Below are positions 61,126-64,000 of a stretch of 64,000 nt of DNA, in pieces; the first letter of the stretch is position 1, and each line of letters begins with the position of its first letter. The notes under the pieces are model-generated. The model was not told the DNA's origin and ran no database searches. It worked only from the letters and a program-made list of their open reading frames with translations. The DNA is taken from contig CBDFFH010000022.1 of NCBI GenBank assembly GCA_965246715.1, forward strand, positions 111,404-175,403, written 5' to 3'. The stretch is from Chamaesiphon sp. GTDB taxonomy: Bacteria; Cyanobacteriota; Cyanobacteriia; Cyanobacteriales; Chamaesiphonaceae. The position numbers and the translations under genes are program-made.

Positions 61126-62407
61126 GGGTTTTACCATGCTCGAATTAATAATCGGGCTGTCGATTTTGCTACTCATTAGTGGTTTAACTCTGAATGCACT
61201 AAATCAAGCCAGTGATGCCTTGAGTAAAGACAAAAAAAATATCGATTCTAGCCAGAGCATCTCCGCAGTGTTGGAGCTAATTGGTAATGATGTCAAGCAA
61301 GCTGGAGAGTTTATCCGGCAAGATTCGTCATTCCCCGCGATCGTACTCAGCCAAAATGCTACTCCTACTCTACCGATCAAGCGATCTGGTACTGTTGTGG
61401 CTGCCAGTGCCTCTTCTACGCTGATCGTGCGGCGGGCATTAACTGCCAACCCACTTACTTTGTGTGCTAACGTTCCCACTGGTACTGCAACAACGGTTAC
61501 GCGGATCGTAGTTGGCGATACTACAGTAAGCCCAGGTGCCTGCAATCCTCTGGCTGCTGCAACTGCCGCTCCACCCGCAAACGCATTCCTCAATCCATTA
61601 GTCTCAACTAGTCCAATTTTACAGGCGAAGAATTATCGTTGCGAATTAGGCGATCCCAATCTCACCTACGATCCCGCTCAAGACTCCTGTGTGGCAGCGG
61701 CTGCCTCAATGAATAATAATACTTCCCTCCAACGAGTTTTAGTTGCCATTTCCGATAATGCCGGAAACATTTGTGTCTTTAACTACACTGGCGAGGATAC
61801 TAGCAATCCTGCACAGTATAAGTTGATCGTTACAGCAATCTCGTCTAACTGTAACAATACAGTTGCATACAATTATAATGCTACTACTCCCACACCTGTA
61901 TATCTAATTGAAGAAAGACGTTACAACCTGGATGCCAACAATAATTTAACTCTAGCTACCGATGGAGGTGTCAGTACCACTCCGCCGACGTTGATGAGTG
62001 GAATTGCCAAGTTCAAGGTTTCGGCAAGAGCGTATAAAGTAGATGCTACCGTTACTCCAGCAATTACTTTAAACGATCGAGTAATCCAGCCAACGGGACT
62101 TTTAGCTGGAGCGGGTTCTGCTTGTACGACCGCCGGAGTCGATGATGGAGTATCAATGCCTGTGGGGACTGCTACCGCAACCGACCCAACCTATGCTTGC
62201 CGTCTAAACGTTGGTGCAAATCCTGCTAAATGGAACGAGATCGCTGGAGTGAGAATTGAGATGGAGTCGCGGTATGGTTCGACGGGCATCAATATTTCAA
62301 ACAATCCACTGACAAACTATCTGTACGCATTAAACAACCGTCCTGAAGATATTGAGAAATTGCAGGCTGCTGCTGAATATTTCCCTCGGAATGTGCTCTC
62401 TAAGTAA
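61073..62407 (+). CDS. PilW-like minor pilin
   Basis: KG|FTMLE prepilin site; LELIGNDVKQAG; C-terminal PRNV; start overlaps the previous gene. Confidence 0.82.
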   Translation: MARPKYTILKVLLQISNKGFTMLELIIGLSILLLISGLTLNALNQASDALSKDKKNIDSSQSISAVLELIGNDVKQAGEFIRQDSSFPAIVLSQNATPTLPIKRSGTVVAASASSTLIVRRALTANPLTLCANVPTGTATTVTRIVVGDTTVSPGACNPLAAATAAPPANAFLNPLVSTSPILQAKNYRCELGDPNLTYDPAQDSCVAAAASMNNNTSLQRVLVAISDNAGNICVFNYTGEDTSNPAQYKLIVTAISSNCNNTVAYNYNATTPTPVYLIEERRYNLDANNNLTLATDGGVSTTPPTLMSGIAKFKVSARAYKVDATVTPAITLNDRVIQPTGLLAGAGSACTTAGVDDGVSMPVGTATATDPTYACRLNVGANPAKWNEIAGVRIEMESRYGSTGINISNNPLTNYLYALNNRPEDIEKLQAAAEYFPRNVLSK

Positions 62408-62460
62408 GTAAGGTATGCTGTTAATAGGATCCTTTTAGTCATATTATTGGAGCAGATCGG

Positions 62461-62943
62461 ATGAGTTGGCAGAGTTCGCAGACACCAGCAGACCGATTTT
62501 TCGGGAGTTTAGCTTATTTACTGCCGATCGTGGATGTCTACTCTTTTGGTAGATTTGTATTCGAGCAATTTCCGATCGTACAACAGTTGTATCAACCGTT
62601 ATTCCCATTACTGCTGATTTATAGTCTGCCGTTGGGTGGCTTTGCGCTATTCATCGGACTGTATCTAGGCGTAGTTAATAATCCTCGGATCGGTCGGTTT
62701 ATCCGGTTTAATGTTCTTCAAGCGATTTTGATTGGGATTTTAATCTCACTTTGTGGACTCGTACTGCAATACATTTTACTGCCCATCATCGGCGGTAGCT
62801 CTGTAACTCAAGTCTTGATGAATATTATCTTTTTTGGGACGATCGCCGTTTCTTTTTATGGGATTGTGATGTCAGCATTGGGCAAATACACTGAGTTTGG
62901 GCAGCTATCGGAAACAGCACACATGCAGATCGATCGTTTTTAA
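62461..62943 (+). CDS. Tic20/Ycf60 family membrane protein
   Basis: DRFFGSLAYLLP, VVNNPRI.RFIRFNVLQAIL and G.Y.E...LSE motifs. Confidence 0.88.
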   Translation: MSWQSSQTPADRFFGSLAYLLPIVDVYSFGRFVFEQFPIVQQLYQPLFPLLLIYSLPLGGFALFIGLYLGVVNNPRIGRFIRFNVLQAILIGILISLCGLVLQYILLPIIGGSSVTQVLMNIIFFGTIAVSFYGIVMSALGKYTEFGQLSETAHMQIDRF

Positions 62944-63079
62944 AGCGTTGACTAAAGCATTGCGATCGGTGATAATAAGAGGCTGTCTATAACTAAGCTC
63001 GGATCGGGTCATAACCATATAAATGTCTCACCATCAAGCATGAGGCTACCCGTACGGCATCTCAACTCATTAAAATTTT

Positions 63080-63439
63080 ATGACTTACGCAATTATCGAA
63101 ACTGGTGGCAAGCAAATGCGGGTCGAACCAGGTCGCTTTTACGATATCGAACTGTTACCAGGTGATGTAGAAAGCACCGTAACGATCGATAAAGTATTTT
63201 TATTAGAAAATGACGGCAGCATTCAAATCGGTCAGCCGCTAGTCGCTGGTGTAACCGTTGAAGGAACCATCCTCCGGCATTATCGAGCGAAAAAGGTGAT
63301 CGTTTACAAAATGCAACCGAAAAAGAAAACTCGCAAAAAACGCGGTCACCGTCAAGAAATGACGCGGTTGATGATAAATTCGATTAGCGTCAATGGCGCA
63401 GCGATCGCGGAAGCTGCTAAAGCTGAAGCAGCTGTATAG
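63080..63439 (+). CDS. rplU: 50S ribosomal protein L21
   Basis: YAIIETGGKQ..V and KKRGHRQ motifs. Confidence 0.97.
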   Translation: MTYAIIETGGKQMRVEPGRFYDIELLPGDVESTVTIDKVFLLENDGSIQIGQPLVAGVTVEGTILRHYRAKKVIVYKMQPKKKTRKKRGHRQEMTRLMINSISVNGAAIAEAAKAEAAV

Positions 63440-63579
63440 AAAATTAGGTTAACTCAGTAACTAGATATGGCCGTGCCTTTCTATCGCTTTTCTCGCAGGG
63501 GAATAATGGTATAAGCACACCGCTAGTCACTAAACATCTAAAATCGAGATCGATACAATTCTAATAATCCGAGGTAATC

Positions 63580-63846
63580 ATGGCTTCTAAGAAGGGTACA
63601 GGTAGTACTAGAAACGGACGGGATTCTAACGCCCAGAGATTGGGTGTTAAAAAATACGGTGGAGAAGTAGTTAAAGCTGGCAACATTATCGTTCGTCAGC
63701 GTGGTTCTTCTTTCCATGTTGGTAACAATGTCGGTCTGGGCAAAGACTACACAATTTATGCACTAGTCGATGGTGTGGTAACCTTTGAACGTAAAGGCAA
63801 GAACGGCAAAAAAATTAGTGTCTATCCTGCTGCTGTCGCAGCTTAG
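63580..63846 (+). CDS. rpmA: 50S ribosomal protein L27
   Basis: [20 protein letters not shown] and GNIIVRQRG motifs. Confidence 0.98.
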   Translation: MASKKGTGSTRNGRDSNAQRLGVKKYGGEVVKAGNIIVRQRGSSFHVGNNVGLGKDYTIYALVDGVVTFERKGKNGKKISVYPAAVAA

Positions 63847-63870
63847 AATCACTTTTAAACATAGCAGTCG

Positions 63871-63904
63871 ATCGAGGGATATCCATAAGGTATCCCTCGA
63901 TTTT
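63871..63904 (+). terminator. intrinsic terminator after rpmA
   Basis: atcgagggatatcc-ataa-ggtatccctcgat followed by ttt. Confidence 0.7.
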
Positions 63905-64000
63905 AGATAATGGGGTTCTTTGTCTAAAAGAGTGAATCGAGACAGACGGCACATCGATCGGGGTAGAATAGGATCTATTAATCTGGCAAACAGCGACCAA

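Noticed and set aside
62960..63079. Ribosomal leader RNA upstream of rplU
   Set aside because: I could not identify a convincing conserved structure by eye; it needs an Rfam search.

Overview
This is cyanobacterial DNA: it is saturated with HIP1 GCGATCGC/CGATCG sites and carries ndhB, ftrV, ycf29/rre1, ycf66 and pedR. The gene content and repeat style suggest a Chamaesiphon-like strain (inference). From left to right: (1) a ~16-kb Wzy/Wzc-type exopolysaccharide cluster (asnB-type amidotransferase, six glycosyltransferases, two methyltransferases, an acyltransferase, a polymerase/ligase-like membrane protein, Wzc) interrupted by a hicBA toxin-antitoxin pair whose antitoxin is frameshifted; (2) a probable 6S RNA, tyrA, psiE-like, a PstS-domain/DUF4912 fusion, ftsI, SIMPL, a PatA-type regulator and a deacetylase; (3) a small metal-homeostasis group, galE and pdxH; (4) a decayed IS110 (IS621-like) element whose non-coding bridge-RNA region appears intact and whose target guide matches a REP-like palindrome found elsewhere in the window; (5) a V4R-roadblock-DUF4388-small GTPase-DUF4388 module; (6) housekeeping genes, a PilX-like gene, sphS-phoU, fmt, ndhB, a fimT/pilV/pilW-like minor-pilin operon and rplU-rpmA. 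Intergenic DNA holds nested non-autonomous elements: at least four MITE end types with target-site duplications, REP-like palindromic cores, a ~47-51-nt hairpin insertion family and a 24-25-nt double-hairpin insertion family. I saw no tRNA, rRNA or CRISPR array. Family assignments come from motif recognition, not database searches.
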